A program made the position numbers and the translations under genes. From an uncultured archaeon (lineage in GTDB: Archaea > Hadarchaeota > Hadarchaeia > Hadarchaeales > WYZ-LMO6): a stretch of 64,000 nucleotides of DNA. The notes beneath the pieces are model-generated. The model was not told the origin of the DNA, made no database searches, and worked only from the letters and a program-made list of their open reading frames with translations. Every line of letters begins with the position of its first letter. Within the stretch, counting starts at the first letter, position 1. Shown piece after piece: positions 8,410 through 17,400 of this stretch. The stretch is from the NCBI GenBank assembly GCA_938074535.1, contig CALJER010000003.1, positions 28,626 through 92,625 of the forward strand, written 5' to 3'.

Positions 8410-10428
8410 TCAGCGTTTGTCTCCCGGAGGGGAGCTCAGGGAGAGGGTTGGGCTGAGGGCTTCTGAGCTAATCGGTCCAGGCCCGGCCTTTCCCGCCACG
8501 ATTTTCTTGAGGGTCTCCACGGCTTCTGGGTTCAGGAGGGTGGAGGTGTCCCCCACCGGCGCGTTGATCAGGAGGGACTTCAGGATCCTGCGCATGATCT
8601 TCCCGCTCCTGGTCTTCGGGAGATCGGGGGCGAAGATGATCTCCTCGGGCACGGCGGTGGGACCTATCCTCTCCCTCACCAGCGCCTTCAGCTCGGCCTC
8701 CAGCTCCCTGGAGGGGGTCCTTCCCTCCTTCAGGACCACGTAGGCCACGGGCACCTCCCCCTTCAGGTCGTGCGGTCTGGGAGCCACGGCGCTCTCCGCG
8801 ACGAAGGGGTGGGTGTTGAGGGCGTCCTCCACCTCCGCGGTGGAGAGGCGGTGGCCGGCCACCTTCATCACGTCGTCCACCCTCCCGGTCACCCTTATGC
8901 AGCCATACAGGGTTCGGAGGGCTCCGTCTGAGGGGAAGTAGTAGCGGTAGTTGTACCTCAGCCAGTAGGTCTCCCTGTACTTGTCGTCAGCCTTGTACAG
9001 CCCCCTGAGCATCCCGGGCACGAGGGGGGGCACCTGCACCAGGTAGCCCGAGTCCGCCGGGTTGCCCTCCTCGTCCACGATCTCCAGCTGGGCTCCCGGG
9101 AAGGGCCTGCCCGCCACCGTGGGAATGAAAGGACCTATCCCCGGGAGGGACGTGATCAGGGTGCCTCCCGTCTCCGTCTGCCACCAGGTGTCGGTGATGG
9201 GGCATCTCCCTCCCCCTATGTGGTGGAAGTACCAGAGCCAGGTCTCCCTGTCTATGGGTTCTCCCACCGTTCCCAGCAGTCTCAGGGAGCTCAGGTCGTG
9301 CTTCTTCACCCACTCCTCTCCCCACCTCACGAACATCCTGATGGCGGTGGGGGCGGTGTAGAAGATGGTCACCTTGAACTTCTCTATGATCTCCCAGAAG
9401 CGGTCCGGGGCGGGGTGGTCGGGGGCCCCCTCGTAGACCAGGAGGGTGGCCCCGTTGAGCAGGGGGCCGTAGCAGGCGTAGGTGTGCCCCGTCACCCACC
9501 CTATGTCGGAGGTGCACCAGAAGAGATCCTCGTCGTGCAGATCGAAGACCCACTTCGCCGTCCAGCAGGCCTGGGTGAGGTACCCTCCGGTGGTGTGGAT
9601 GACGCCCTTGGGCCTTCCGGTCGTCCCGCTGGTGTAGAGGAGGAAGAGCATGTCCTCGCTGTCCATGTGTTCGGGGGGACACCAGGGGTCGGCCTCTTCC
9701 ATCACCTCGTGCCACCAGAGGTCCCTCCCCCTCTCCATCCCCACCTCGTTTCCCGCCCTCCTCACCACCACCATCTTCTCCACCCTGGTGCCCCTGACGG
9801 CCTCGTCGGCGCTGGACTTCAGGTCGATGAGCTTGCCCCTGCGGTAGTAGCCGTCGCAGGTGATGAGCACCCTCGCCTCCGAGTCCTCCAGCCTCACCCT
9901 CAGGGCTTCCGGAGCGAAGGCGGAGAAGACCACGGTGTGCGGGGCCCCTATCCTGGAGCAGGCCAGGAGGGCGGGGTAGAGCTCCGGGATCATGGGCAGG
10001 TAGATCCCCACCCTGTCCCCCTTCTTCACCCCGAGGCTCTTCAGGGCGTTGGCGAACTTGTTGACCTGGAGGAAGAGTTCGTTGTAGGTGAGCACCCTGG
10101 GCTGCTCGGCGGGCGGCTCCGGGACCCAGACCACCGCCCTCCTGTTCCCCCTTCCCGCCTTCACGTGCCTGTCCACCGCGTTGTAGCTGGCGTTGAGCTT
10201 TCCCCCCACAAACCACTTCACGTAGGGCGGGTTCCACTCGTAGGGCTTGTCCCAGCGCTTGAACCACTCCAGCCCCTCTGCGGCCAGCTTCTCCCAGAAG
10301 GCTATCCTGTCCCTGGCCGCCTCCTCGTAGATGCCTGGGTCGCTCACCCACGCCCTCCTCCTCATTTCCTCGGAGGGCCACCAGACGTTCTTTTCCTTGG
10401 GGTCCTCCACCACCCAGCGGGTTGGCAT
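8410..10428 (-). CDS. acs: Acetyl-CoA synthetase (AMP-forming)
   Basis: YTSGTTGRPKG, DTWWQTETGG, GRVDDV and LPKTRSGKIMRR. Confidence 0.95.
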   Translation of the reverse strand: MPTRWVVEDPKEKNVWWPSEEMRRRAWVSDPGIYEEAARDRIAFWEKLAAEGLEWFKRWDKPYEWNPPYVKWFVGGKLNASYNAVDRHVKAGRGNRRAVVWVPEPPAEQPRVLTYNELFLQVNKFANALKSLGVKKGDRVGIYLPMIPELYPALLACSRIGAPHTVVFSAFAPEALRVRLEDSEARVLITCDGYYRRGKLIDLKSSADEAVRGTRVEKMVVVRRAGNEVGMERGRDLWWHEVMEEADPWCPPEHMDSEDMLFLLYTSGTTGRPKGVIHTTGGYLTQACWTAKWVFDLHDEDLFWCTSDIGWVTGHTYACYGPLLNGATLLVYEGAPDHPAPDRFWEIIEKFKVTIFYTAPTAIRMFVRWGEEWVKKHDLSSLRLLGTVGEPIDRETWLWYFHHIGGGRCPITDTWWQTETGGTLITSLPGIGPFIPTVAGRPFPGAQLEIVDEEGNPADSGYLVQVPPLVPGMLRGLYKADDKYRETYWLRYNYRYYFPSDGALRTLYGCIRVTGRVDDVMKVAGHRLSTAEVEDALNTHPFVAESAVAPRPHDLKGEVPVAYVVLKEGRTPSRELEAELKALVRERIGPTAVPEEIIFAPDLPKTRSGKIMRRILKSLLINAPVGDTSTLLNPEAVETLKKIVAGKAGPGPISSEALSPTLSLSSPPGDKR

Positions 10429-10540
10429 CTTAACCCCTCGAGTGAACCCCTTTAAAAAGGTTGCTGGGGGACGGCCTTCTCACAGAGGAAGATCGCACCT
10501 TCCGCGGAGAAGTTATATCCCGGAAGGGGGAAAAATAAAG

Positions 10541-10848
10541 AGGTGCCGGCGAGCTGGTGGGCAGCTGCCGGGCGGCAACGCCTGAGGAAATCCCACCCCT
10601 CAAGCGGGTACCGCGAGTCCGCGAGGACTGGGTCGAGAGACCCGACCCTGGCACAGAAACGACACCCGCCGGCCGCTCGAGGAGGATGGGGCGGAGACGC
10701 CGAGAGGGGGCCGGGGGATGAAACGGCCAGTCCGCGGGAGGCAAGGGCAAAAGACCGTCGAGGAGCACCCGCTCGAGACGGGTGGTAGCCCGCTAAGCCC
10801 AATGCTGCCTAGAACAGAAGGTGGATTACGGCCAGGACGCCGGCACCT
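10541..10848 (+). ncRNA. rnpB: RNase P RNA (type A-like, with P8 and P9)
   Basis: P1 GGTGCCGGC/GCCGGCACC; CR-I GAGGAAATCCC (10584); P8 AGTCC-GCGA-GGACT; P9 GGGTC-GAGA-GACCC; ACAGAAAC; GATGAAACGGC; CR-V ACAGAAGGTGGATTA; upstream TTATAT box. Confidence 0.92.
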
Positions 10849-10882
10849 CCCTTTTTATCCCCCGTGCAGGAAGGTGGATGGT

Positions 10883-11104
10883 ATGGGAAAGAAGTGGGGA
10901 CACTACGCGGTGGGAGGCAGGAGCCAGCCCGTGACCTGCCTTTACTGCGGGCGCCTGACCCCCAGGGTGAAGGCCGTGCCCGTGAGGAGGGGCTCCTGGC
11001 TCGACACCAAGGTGGTGCCGGGTCTGGACCGCAGGAAGGTCTTCATCCCCTCCAGGAAGGCCTATGCCTGCATCTCCTGCGCCAAGCACCGCGGGATGCT
11101 CTGA
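10883..11104 (+). CDS. rps26e: 30S ribosomal protein S26e
   Basis: 73-aa basic protein, MGKK..VTCLYCGRLTPRVKAV..YACISCAKHRG, matching the S26e Zn-finger pattern. Confidence 0.78.
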   Translation: MGKKWGHYAVGGRSQPVTCLYCGRLTPRVKAVPVRRGSWLDTKVVPGLDRRKVFIPSRKAYACISCAKHRGML

Positions 11105-11251
11105 TCAGGCCCTCCTTTCCCTGGCCTTGGGCCTGAGCTTGGTGTAGCCGCACTTCCTGCACTTGGTGGCCTTCCAGGCGTTGTGTGCGTTGCACCTCAT
11201 GCAGATCTTCACGTTGAAGAGCCTCCTCTCCGCCACCTCGAATTTGGCCAT
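11105..11251 (-). CDS. rpl40e: 50S ribosomal protein L40e (not in the ORF track)
   Basis: Manual translation gives [48 protein letters not shown]. Confidence 0.95.
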   Translation of the reverse strand: MAKFEVAERRLFNVKICMRCNAHNAWKATKCRKCGYTKLRPKARERRA

Positions 11252-11252
11252 C

Positions 11253-12125
11253 TCATCCCTCCCTCAGGGCCTTGAAGACGTAGGGCAGTTTCCCTATTAA
11301 ATCTGAGGCGGTGAAGCCGTATCCCTTCTCCCTCAGGCAGAGGTCCCCTGCCAGCCCGTTCACGTAGGCTCCCGCCCAGGCTGCTTCGAAGGGACCCAGC
11401 CCCTGGGCCATCAGCCCCCCCACCACTCCCGAGAGGACATCTCCCGTTCCGCCCACCGTCATGCCGGGGTTTCCCGTCCGGTTGAGGAGGACCTCCCCCG
11501 CGGGGGAGGAGATGACGTCGATCCTCCCCTTCAGGAGGATCACGCAGCCCAGTTTCCTGGCCTCCTCCGCGACCACCCCCGCCCTTTCCTCCAGCCCCGC
11601 CGGCGCCTCCCTCCCCGTCACCGCCCTGAACTCCCCGGCGTGGGGGGTGAGCACCATGCTCCTGCCCTCCAGCTTCCTGCCCCCCACGGCCTTCAGGGCG
11701 TCCGCATCCAGGAGGACGGGAAGGGAGGGACGTCTCCTCCCCACCTCCTCCAGCAGGGAGACCACCGCCTTCTTCGTCTCCTCCAGCCCGCCCAGCCCCG
11801 GGCCCACGATCAGCGCCTCGCACCTCTCCAGCTCGGGCAGGAGGTGGGGAAGGGCAGCCGGCACCAGGTCCTCGCAGGGAAGCTTCAGGGTGATGAGGTC
11901 AGGTGAAAAGGTGTTTATGAGCCTGGCCGTTTCCCTGGGGGAAGCCACGGTGGCCAGGTCCGCCCCCGACCTGAGGGCGGAGAGGGCGGCCAGGGCGGGG
12001 GCCCCCACGTACCTAGAGCTGCCTCCCACCACCAGCACCCTTCCGTTCTCCCCCTTGTGGGAGTCGGGCCTCCGCCTGGGCAGCACCCTTCTGACCCTTT
12101 CCCTGCTCACGTACCTGAGGGCCAT
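11253..12125 (-). CDS. nnrD: NAD(P)H-hydrate dehydratase (stand-alone)
   Basis: [26 protein letters not shown] and [12 protein letters not shown] at 12125. Confidence 0.92.
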   Translation of the reverse strand: MALRYVSRERVRRVLPRRRPDSHKGENGRVLVVGGSSRYVGAPALAALSALRSGADLATVASPRETARLINTFSPDLITLKLPCEDLVPAALPHLLPELERCEALIVGPGLGGLEETKKAVVSLLEEVGRRRPSLPVLLDADALKAVGGRKLEGRSMVLTPHAGEFRAVTGREAPAGLEERAGVVAEEARKLGCVILLKGRIDVISSPAGEVLLNRTGNPGMTVGGTGDVLSGVVGGLMAQGLGPFEAAWAGAYVNGLAGDLCLREKGYGFTASDLIGKLPYVFKALREG

Positions 12126-12228
12126 CTCCTCCCCTTTTCGGCGGGAGATATAACCCTGGTTACCGGTTCGCAAAGGATAAATACCGAGGGAGGAAAGGGA
12201 GGGGGTAAAAAAGAAAAGGAGGGATGAA

Positions 12229-13437
12229 ATGGATTTTGAGCTGACCGAGGACCAGCGGATGTTCAAGGACACCCTGAGGGAGTTCCTGCAGAAGGAGTTT
12301 CCGGAGTCCTACGTGAACAAGAGGGACAGGGAGGGACCGCTCACCAGGCAGGAGGCCGTGGAGATCATGAAGAAGTTCAAGAGGCTGGGGATAGGCCTTG
12401 ACCCGGAGAACCTCAGGTCGATGATGGACCCAATGATCTTCTGCATTTTCGCGGAGGAGGTGGGGAGGGTGTGGCCCAGCCTGCTTCCCCTCTTCGGGAT
12501 GGGGGCCATCCCGGCCCTCTTCGCACCCTTCGCCGACGAGGACGTGAAGGACAGGATCCTGCGCCGGATGGAGAGGTGTGAGTTCATAGGGTGCTTCGCC
12601 GAGACGGAGCCGGAGGCCGGCTGCGACACCTCCAACATCAAGACCACGGCCAGGCTGGAGGGGGACTACTACATCATCAACGGGAGGAAGACCTGGATAA
12701 GCAATGCCACAATTGCCGACACCGCCTGGGTGGGGGCCAAGAGCAGCGAGACGGGCGCGGAGACCTTCTTCCTGGTGGAGAAGGAGGTTTCGGGCTGGGA
12801 GACGAGCGAGCTGCACAAGATAGGGTGGAAGGCCTCCCCCACGGGGGAGATGTTCTTCGACAACAGCAAGGTGCCCAAGAACAACGAGATGATGGTGCTG
12901 GTGCAGAGGGCCTTCGAGCAGGGGGGGCTTCCGGTCTCGGAGGGGTATATGAAGCTCCTGACCTCGGTCTCCCCGGTCACGGCCATGCTCACCATGCCCA
13001 GGGCGGGGATGTGCCTGATGTCCGTGGGGATAGCGGAGGCGGCCTTCGAGAAGGCGGTGGAGTACGCCAGGGAGCGCGTGCAGTTCGGGAAGCCCATAGG
13101 GAAGTTCCAGCTGATTCAGGAGATGCTGTACAAGATGAACGTGCTGATAGAGACGGCCAGGCTGCTGGGGTACAAGGCGGTCTACGCCATCACCAAGGGT
13201 GACCCGGATGCCAGGAGGCTCTCCGCCATGGCCAAGGTCTACGGTGCGGAGGCTGCGGTGAAGGTGACCTACATGGCCATGCAGATCTTCGGAGGCAACG
13301 GGCTTTCCGACGAGATGCCCCTGGAGAGGTACTTCCGCGACGCCAGGATGCAGACGGTTCCGGACGGAACCAGCGAGATCATGAAGCTGATCACGGGGTA
13401 CTCCATCCTCGGCAAGGGCTTCTCTGCGTACGCCTGA
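12229..13437 (+). CDS. Acyl-CoA dehydrogenase
   Basis: TEPEAGCD, NGRKTWISN, ERVQFGKPIGKFQLIQ, QIFGGNG and ERYFRDAR. Confidence 0.93.
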   Translation: MDFELTEDQRMFKDTLREFLQKEFPESYVNKRDREGPLTRQEAVEIMKKFKRLGIGLDPENLRSMMDPMIFCIFAEEVGRVWPSLLPLFGMGAIPALFAPFADEDVKDRILRRMERCEFIGCFAETEPEAGCDTSNIKTTARLEGDYYIINGRKTWISNATIADTAWVGAKSSETGAETFFLVEKEVSGWETSELHKIGWKASPTGEMFFDNSKVPKNNEMMVLVQRAFEQGGLPVSEGYMKLLTSVSPVTAMLTMPRAGMCLMSVGIAEAAFEKAVEYARERVQFGKPIGKFQLIQEMLYKMNVLIETARLLGYKAVYAITKGDPDARRLSAMAKVYGAEAAVKVTYMAMQIFGGNGLSDEMPLERYFRDARMQTVPDGTSEIMKLITGYSILGKGFSAYA

Positions 13438-13615
13438 GCTCCCCCCCATAATTTTTTTCTTCCACCGCCCCAGTTTTTCCCTTCTCCTGGGTCCGGGAGG
13501 CCGGCTTTATGGCGGCGCAGGTTGCTCATCGCCTTCCGCGTTGGGGGGAAGGGCCCCTTTGCGGTAGGGTTAAATAAGGAAAGGTGGGTATAAGTTGTAA
13601 TTTTCGGGGAGAGAA

Positions 13616-14146
13616 GTGATCGAGGTAAGGTTCCACGGAAGGGGGGGACAGGGGGCTGTTACGGCGGCCCGGATGCTTGCCGAGGCCGCTTTTCTGGAGG
13701 GGAAGTACGCCCAGGCCTTCCCCTTCTTCGGGGCGGAGAGAAGGGGGGCGCCCGTGGTGGCCTTCGCCAGGCTCGACACCAGGCCCGTGAGGCTCAGGAG
13801 CCAGATCTACGAGCCCGACCACGTGGTGGTGCTGGACCCCACCCTCCTGCGCGCCGTGAACGTCACGGAAGGTCTGAAGCCAGGCGGCCTCCTCGTCCTG
13901 AACGCCAGGGAGAGACCGGGGAAGCTGGAGGCGGGAAGGGTGGTGTGGGTGGACGCCACCTCCATAGCGGTGGAGGAGATGGGGGCCCCCATCACCAACA
14001 TGGCCATGCTGGGGGCCTACGTGAGGGCCTCGGGAGAGGTGAGCCTGGAGTCGGTGCTGAGGGCGGTGGGGGATTACTTCAGGGGCAAGATGGGGGAGAG
14101 GAACCTGAGGGCCATAAGGAGGGCCTACGAGGAGGCGAGGGAATGA
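13616..14146 (+). CDS. porG: Pyruvate/2-oxoacid:ferredoxin oxidoreductase gamma subunit
   Basis: EVRFHGRGGQGAVT and FGAERRGAP. Confidence 0.92.
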   Translation: MIEVRFHGRGGQGAVTAARMLAEAAFLEGKYAQAFPFFGAERRGAPVVAFARLDTRPVRLRSQIYEPDHVVVLDPTLLRAVNVTEGLKPGGLLVLNARERPGKLEAGRVVWVDATSIAVEEMGAPITNMAMLGAYVRASGEVSLESVLRAVGDYFRGKMGERNLRAIRRAYEEARE

Positions 14147-15303
14147 GCAGGCTTCTGCCGGGGATAGTGATAGACCGTCCGGGGAGCAGCTCGGACTACC
14201 TTACCTCGGGATGGAGGTACCTCCGTCCGGTGAGGGAGGGAAGGACCGCCCCCTGCGCCTTGGCCTGTCCCGTGGGCAACGACCTCCCCAGGATCCTCTA
14301 CCTGGTGGAGAGGGGGAGAGTGGAGGAGGCCTGGAGGACCCTCAAGCGGACCAATCCCTTCCCTTCCGTGTGCGGGAGGGTGTGCTACCGCTTCTGCGAG
14401 GCCGCCTGCAACAGGGGCGGCTTCGACGAGGCCCTGGCCGTGAGGAGCGTGGAGCGCTTCCTGGGAGATCTGGGGAGGGAGAGGGGCTGGAGGGTGCAGC
14501 CCGGAGGGGAGACGGGGTACAGGGTGGCGGTGGTGGGCGCGGGTCCGGCCGGCCTCTCATGCGCTTACCACCTCAGGCTAAGGGGACACGGGGTGGTGGT
14601 CTTCGAGGCCAGGGAGAGGGAGGGCGGGCTGCTGGCTTGGGGCATGCCCGAGCACCACCTCCCCCGCAGCGTCCTGGAGGGGGAGCTCTCCCAGCTGAAG
14701 GAAATGGGGGTGGTGGTGAAGGGGGGAAGGGAGGTGAGGGAAAGGGAGGAGCTCGCCGGTTACGGGGCCGTGGTGCTGGCCACGGGCAGGAACCCCCTTC
14801 CTGAGGGGCTGGCGGGAGGGCTGGTGAGAAGGGGGGAGAAGGTGGAAGCGGACGAATGGGGCAGGACGGGGGTGAAGGGGGTCTTCGTGGCGGGGGAGCT
14901 GGCGGAGGGCGTGGGGAGGGGAGTGGCCTGGGCCATAGGCTCGGGGAGGAGGACCGCTGAGGGCGTGGACGCCTTCCTGAGGGGGGAGGAGCCGAGGAGG
15001 GTGCCCCCATCCCCGGTGCTGGGCCTGGAGGAGGTGAAGCTGGATTACTTCACTTTCTCCAGAAGGGTGGGAGGACCGGCCGGGCCCGGCTCCGAGGAGG
15101 AGGTCAGGGCGGAGGCGGGGAGGTGCTTCAGCTGCGGCACGTGCAACGGCTGCGACAACTGCTGGATCCTCTGCCCCGAGGGCTGCATCGTGAAGGAGGG
15201 GGAGACCGAGTACCGGACGGACGAGGACTACTGCAAGGGGTGCGGGATCTGCGCCCAGGAGTGCCCCAGGGGCGTGATAAGGATGGTGGAGGAGGGAGCG
15301 TGA
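14143..15303 (+). CDS. Oxidoreductase delta subunit fused around a GltD/SudA-like Fe-S/FAD module
   Basis: PorD-like N-terminus (PGSS..TSGWRYLRPV), CALACP..CGRVC..CEAAC, GAGPAG, and C-terminal CNGCDNCWILCP / YCKGCGICAQECP. Confidence 0.85.
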   Translation: MSRLLPGIVIDRPGSSSDYLTSGWRYLRPVREGRTAPCALACPVGNDLPRILYLVERGRVEEAWRTLKRTNPFPSVCGRVCYRFCEAACNRGGFDEALAVRSVERFLGDLGRERGWRVQPGGETGYRVAVVGAGPAGLSCAYHLRLRGHGVVVFEAREREGGLLAWGMPEHHLPRSVLEGELSQLKEMGVVVKGGREVREREELAGYGAVVLATGRNPLPEGLAGGLVRRGEKVEADEWGRTGVKGVFVAGELAEGVGRGVAWAIGSGRRTAEGVDAFLRGEEPRRVPPSPVLGLEEVKLDYFTFSRRVGGPAGPGSEEEVRAEAGRCFSCGTCNGCDNCWILCPEGCIVKEGETEYRTDEDYCKGCGICAQECPRGVIRMVEEGA

Positions 15304-16475
15304 GGCGGCTGCTCAACGGGAACGAGGCTGCCGCCCTGGCGGCCAAGCTGGCAAGGGTCCAGGTGGTCTCCGCCTACCCCATCACCCCCCAGACGGTGGT
15401 GGTGGAGACCCTGGCGAAGTACGTGGCCGACGGGGAGCTGGAGGCGGAGTTCGTGAAGGTGGAGTCGGAGCACAGCGCCCTCAGCGTCTGCCTGGGGGCC
15501 TCCGCCACCGGTGCGAGGGCCTTCACCGCCACCTCCTCCCAGGGGCTCATGCTGATGAGCGAGATCCTGTACGTGGTATCGGGCATGAGGCTCCCGGTGG
15601 TGATGGCCAACGCCAACCGCTCCCTCTCCGCTCCCCTGAGCATCTGGAACGACCAGCAGGACTCCCTCGCCGTGAGGGACAGCGGCTGGATCCAGCTCTA
15701 CTGCGAGAGCAACCAGGAGATCCTGGACCTCCTGCTCCAGGCCTTCCTGCTCGCTGAGCGCGTCTCCCTTCCCGCCATGGTCTGCTACGACGGGTACATC
15801 CTCTCCCACACCGCCGAGGCCGTGGAGGTGCCCGAGCAGGCGGAGGTGGACGCCTTCCTCCCCCCCTACTCCCCCTCCCTCAAGCTCGACCCTGACCGCC
15901 CCCTCACCATGGGCCCGGTGGGGGTGCCGGAGGTCTACATGGAGGCCAGGTACATGCAGCACCGGGACACGAGGAGGGCAAGGGAGGAGTTCCTCAGGGT
16001 GGCGGAGGAGTTCGGGAGGAGGTTCGGCAGGAGGTACGGAATCCTGGAGGAGTACAGGACGGAGGGTGCGGAGCTCCTCCTCCTCACCATGGGCTCCCTG
16101 GCCTCCACGGCCAAGGAGGCCGTGGACAGGTGCAGGGAGAGGGGGGAGAAGGTGGGTCTGGTGAAGCTCACCCTCTACCGCCCCTTCCCAGACGGGGAGG
16201 TGGTGGAGGCCCTCAAGCGGGCGAAAGTGGTGGGGGTGCTGGAGAAGGACATTTCCACCGGGTGGATGGGGGCCCTCTACACGGACACCGTGGCGGCCTT
16301 CGCCAACGAGAGCAGGAGGCCCCTCTTCCAGAACTTCATCCTGGGGCTGGGGAGCAGGGACGTGAGGCTGGAGGACCTGGAGGGAATAATAGGGGCCCTG
16401 CGGAAGGCGGCGGAGGAGGGAAAGGTGGGCGAGAACCCCCGCTGGGTGGGGCTGAAGGGGGAGATGGTGGAGTGA
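15300..16475 (+). CDS. porA: Pyruvate/2-oxoacid:ferredoxin oxidoreductase alpha subunit
   Basis: [19 protein letters not shown] and [11 protein letters not shown] overlaps the upstream stop. Confidence 0.93.
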   Translation: MRRLLNGNEAAALAAKLARVQVVSAYPITPQTVVVETLAKYVADGELEAEFVKVESEHSALSVCLGASATGARAFTATSSQGLMLMSEILYVVSGMRLPVVMANANRSLSAPLSIWNDQQDSLAVRDSGWIQLYCESNQEILDLLLQAFLLAERVSLPAMVCYDGYILSHTAEAVEVPEQAEVDAFLPPYSPSLKLDPDRPLTMGPVGVPEVYMEARYMQHRDTRRAREEFLRVAEEFGRRFGRRYGILEEYRTEGAELLLLTMGSLASTAKEAVDRCRERGEKVGLVKLTLYRPFPDGEVVEALKRAKVVGVLEKDISTGWMGALYTDTVAAFANESRRPLFQNFILGLGSRDVRLEDLEGIIGALRKAAEEGKVGENPRWVGLKGEMVE

Positions 16476-17347
16476 TACCCGCGCAGGAGCTGCTGGCCCC
16501 CGGGCACCGCGCCTGTCCGGGCTGCGGCGAGGTGATGGCGCTGAGGCTGATCCTGAAGGCGCTGGGGAAGGAGGTGATCGTGGTGGAGGCCACGGGCTGC
16601 ATGGAGGTCGTCACCACTCCTTACCCCCAGACCGCCTGGAGGGTCCCCTGGATCCACGGGGCCTTCGAGAACGCGGCGGCCGTGGCCTCGGGGGTGGAGG
16701 CGGCCCTGAAGAGGCTGGGGAGGAAGGGGGTGAAGGTGGTGGCCATAGGCGGGGACGGAGGGACGGCGGACATAGGACTGCAGGCCCTTTCCGGGATGAT
16801 GGAGAGGGGCCACAGCGTGATGTACGTGTGCACCGATAATGAGGCCTACATGAACACGGGCATACAGCGGAGCGGGACCACCCCCTTCGGCGCCTGGACC
16901 ACCACCACTCCGGCGGGGAAGGTCTGGAGGGGTGAGGACAGGCCCAAGAAGGACGTGCCGTCCATAGCCCTCGCCCACCGCATCCCCTACGTGGCCACGG
17001 CCTCCGTGGGGTACCCCAGGGACCTCCTCTGGAAGGTCAGGAAGGCGGCGGCGGTGGAGGGGCCCTCCTACCTCCACGTGCACTGCCCCTGCCCCACGGG
17101 CTGGAGGTACGACTCCGCCCTCAGCGTGAGGCTGGCCAGGCTGGCGGTGGAGACGGGCTGCTGGATCCTCTGGGAGGCGGAGGGAGGGAGCATCAGGCTG
17201 ACCTTCAGGCCGGAGAGGAGGAAGCCGGTGGTGGAATACCTGAGGCTGCAGGGAAGGTTCTCGCATCTCACGGAGGAGGAAGTGAGGCGGATCCAGCAGG
17301 AAGTGGACGAGCGCTGCAGGGAGCTTGGCCTGGGCTGGTACGGGTAG
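16472..17347 (+). CDS. porB: Pyruvate/2-oxoacid:ferredoxin oxidoreductase beta subunit
   Basis: [11 protein letters not shown]-binding [19 protein letters not shown], and CPCPTGW. Confidence 0.93.
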   Translation: MIPAQELLAPGHRACPGCGEVMALRLILKALGKEVIVVEATGCMEVVTTPYPQTAWRVPWIHGAFENAAAVASGVEAALKRLGRKGVKVVAIGGDGGTADIGLQALSGMMERGHSVMYVCTDNEAYMNTGIQRSGTTPFGAWTTTTPAGKVWRGEDRPKKDVPSIALAHRIPYVATASVGYPRDLLWKVRKAAAVEGPSYLHVHCPCPTGWRYDSALSVRLARLAVETGCWILWEAEGGSIRLTFRPERRKPVVEYLRLQGRFSHLTEEEVRRIQQEVDERCRELGLGWYG

Positions 17348-17400
17348 CCCCCTCTCTCCCGCGGCTGGGAAGGACCGGAGCCACCTCGGCTTTGCAGGGC

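Noticed and set aside
13495-13540. Minus-strand GGCGATGAG...CGCCATAAA resembling a fluoride riboswitch 5' half
   Set aside because: The spacing is wrong, the 3' TGATG..CTAC element is absent, and no relevant gene lies downstream.
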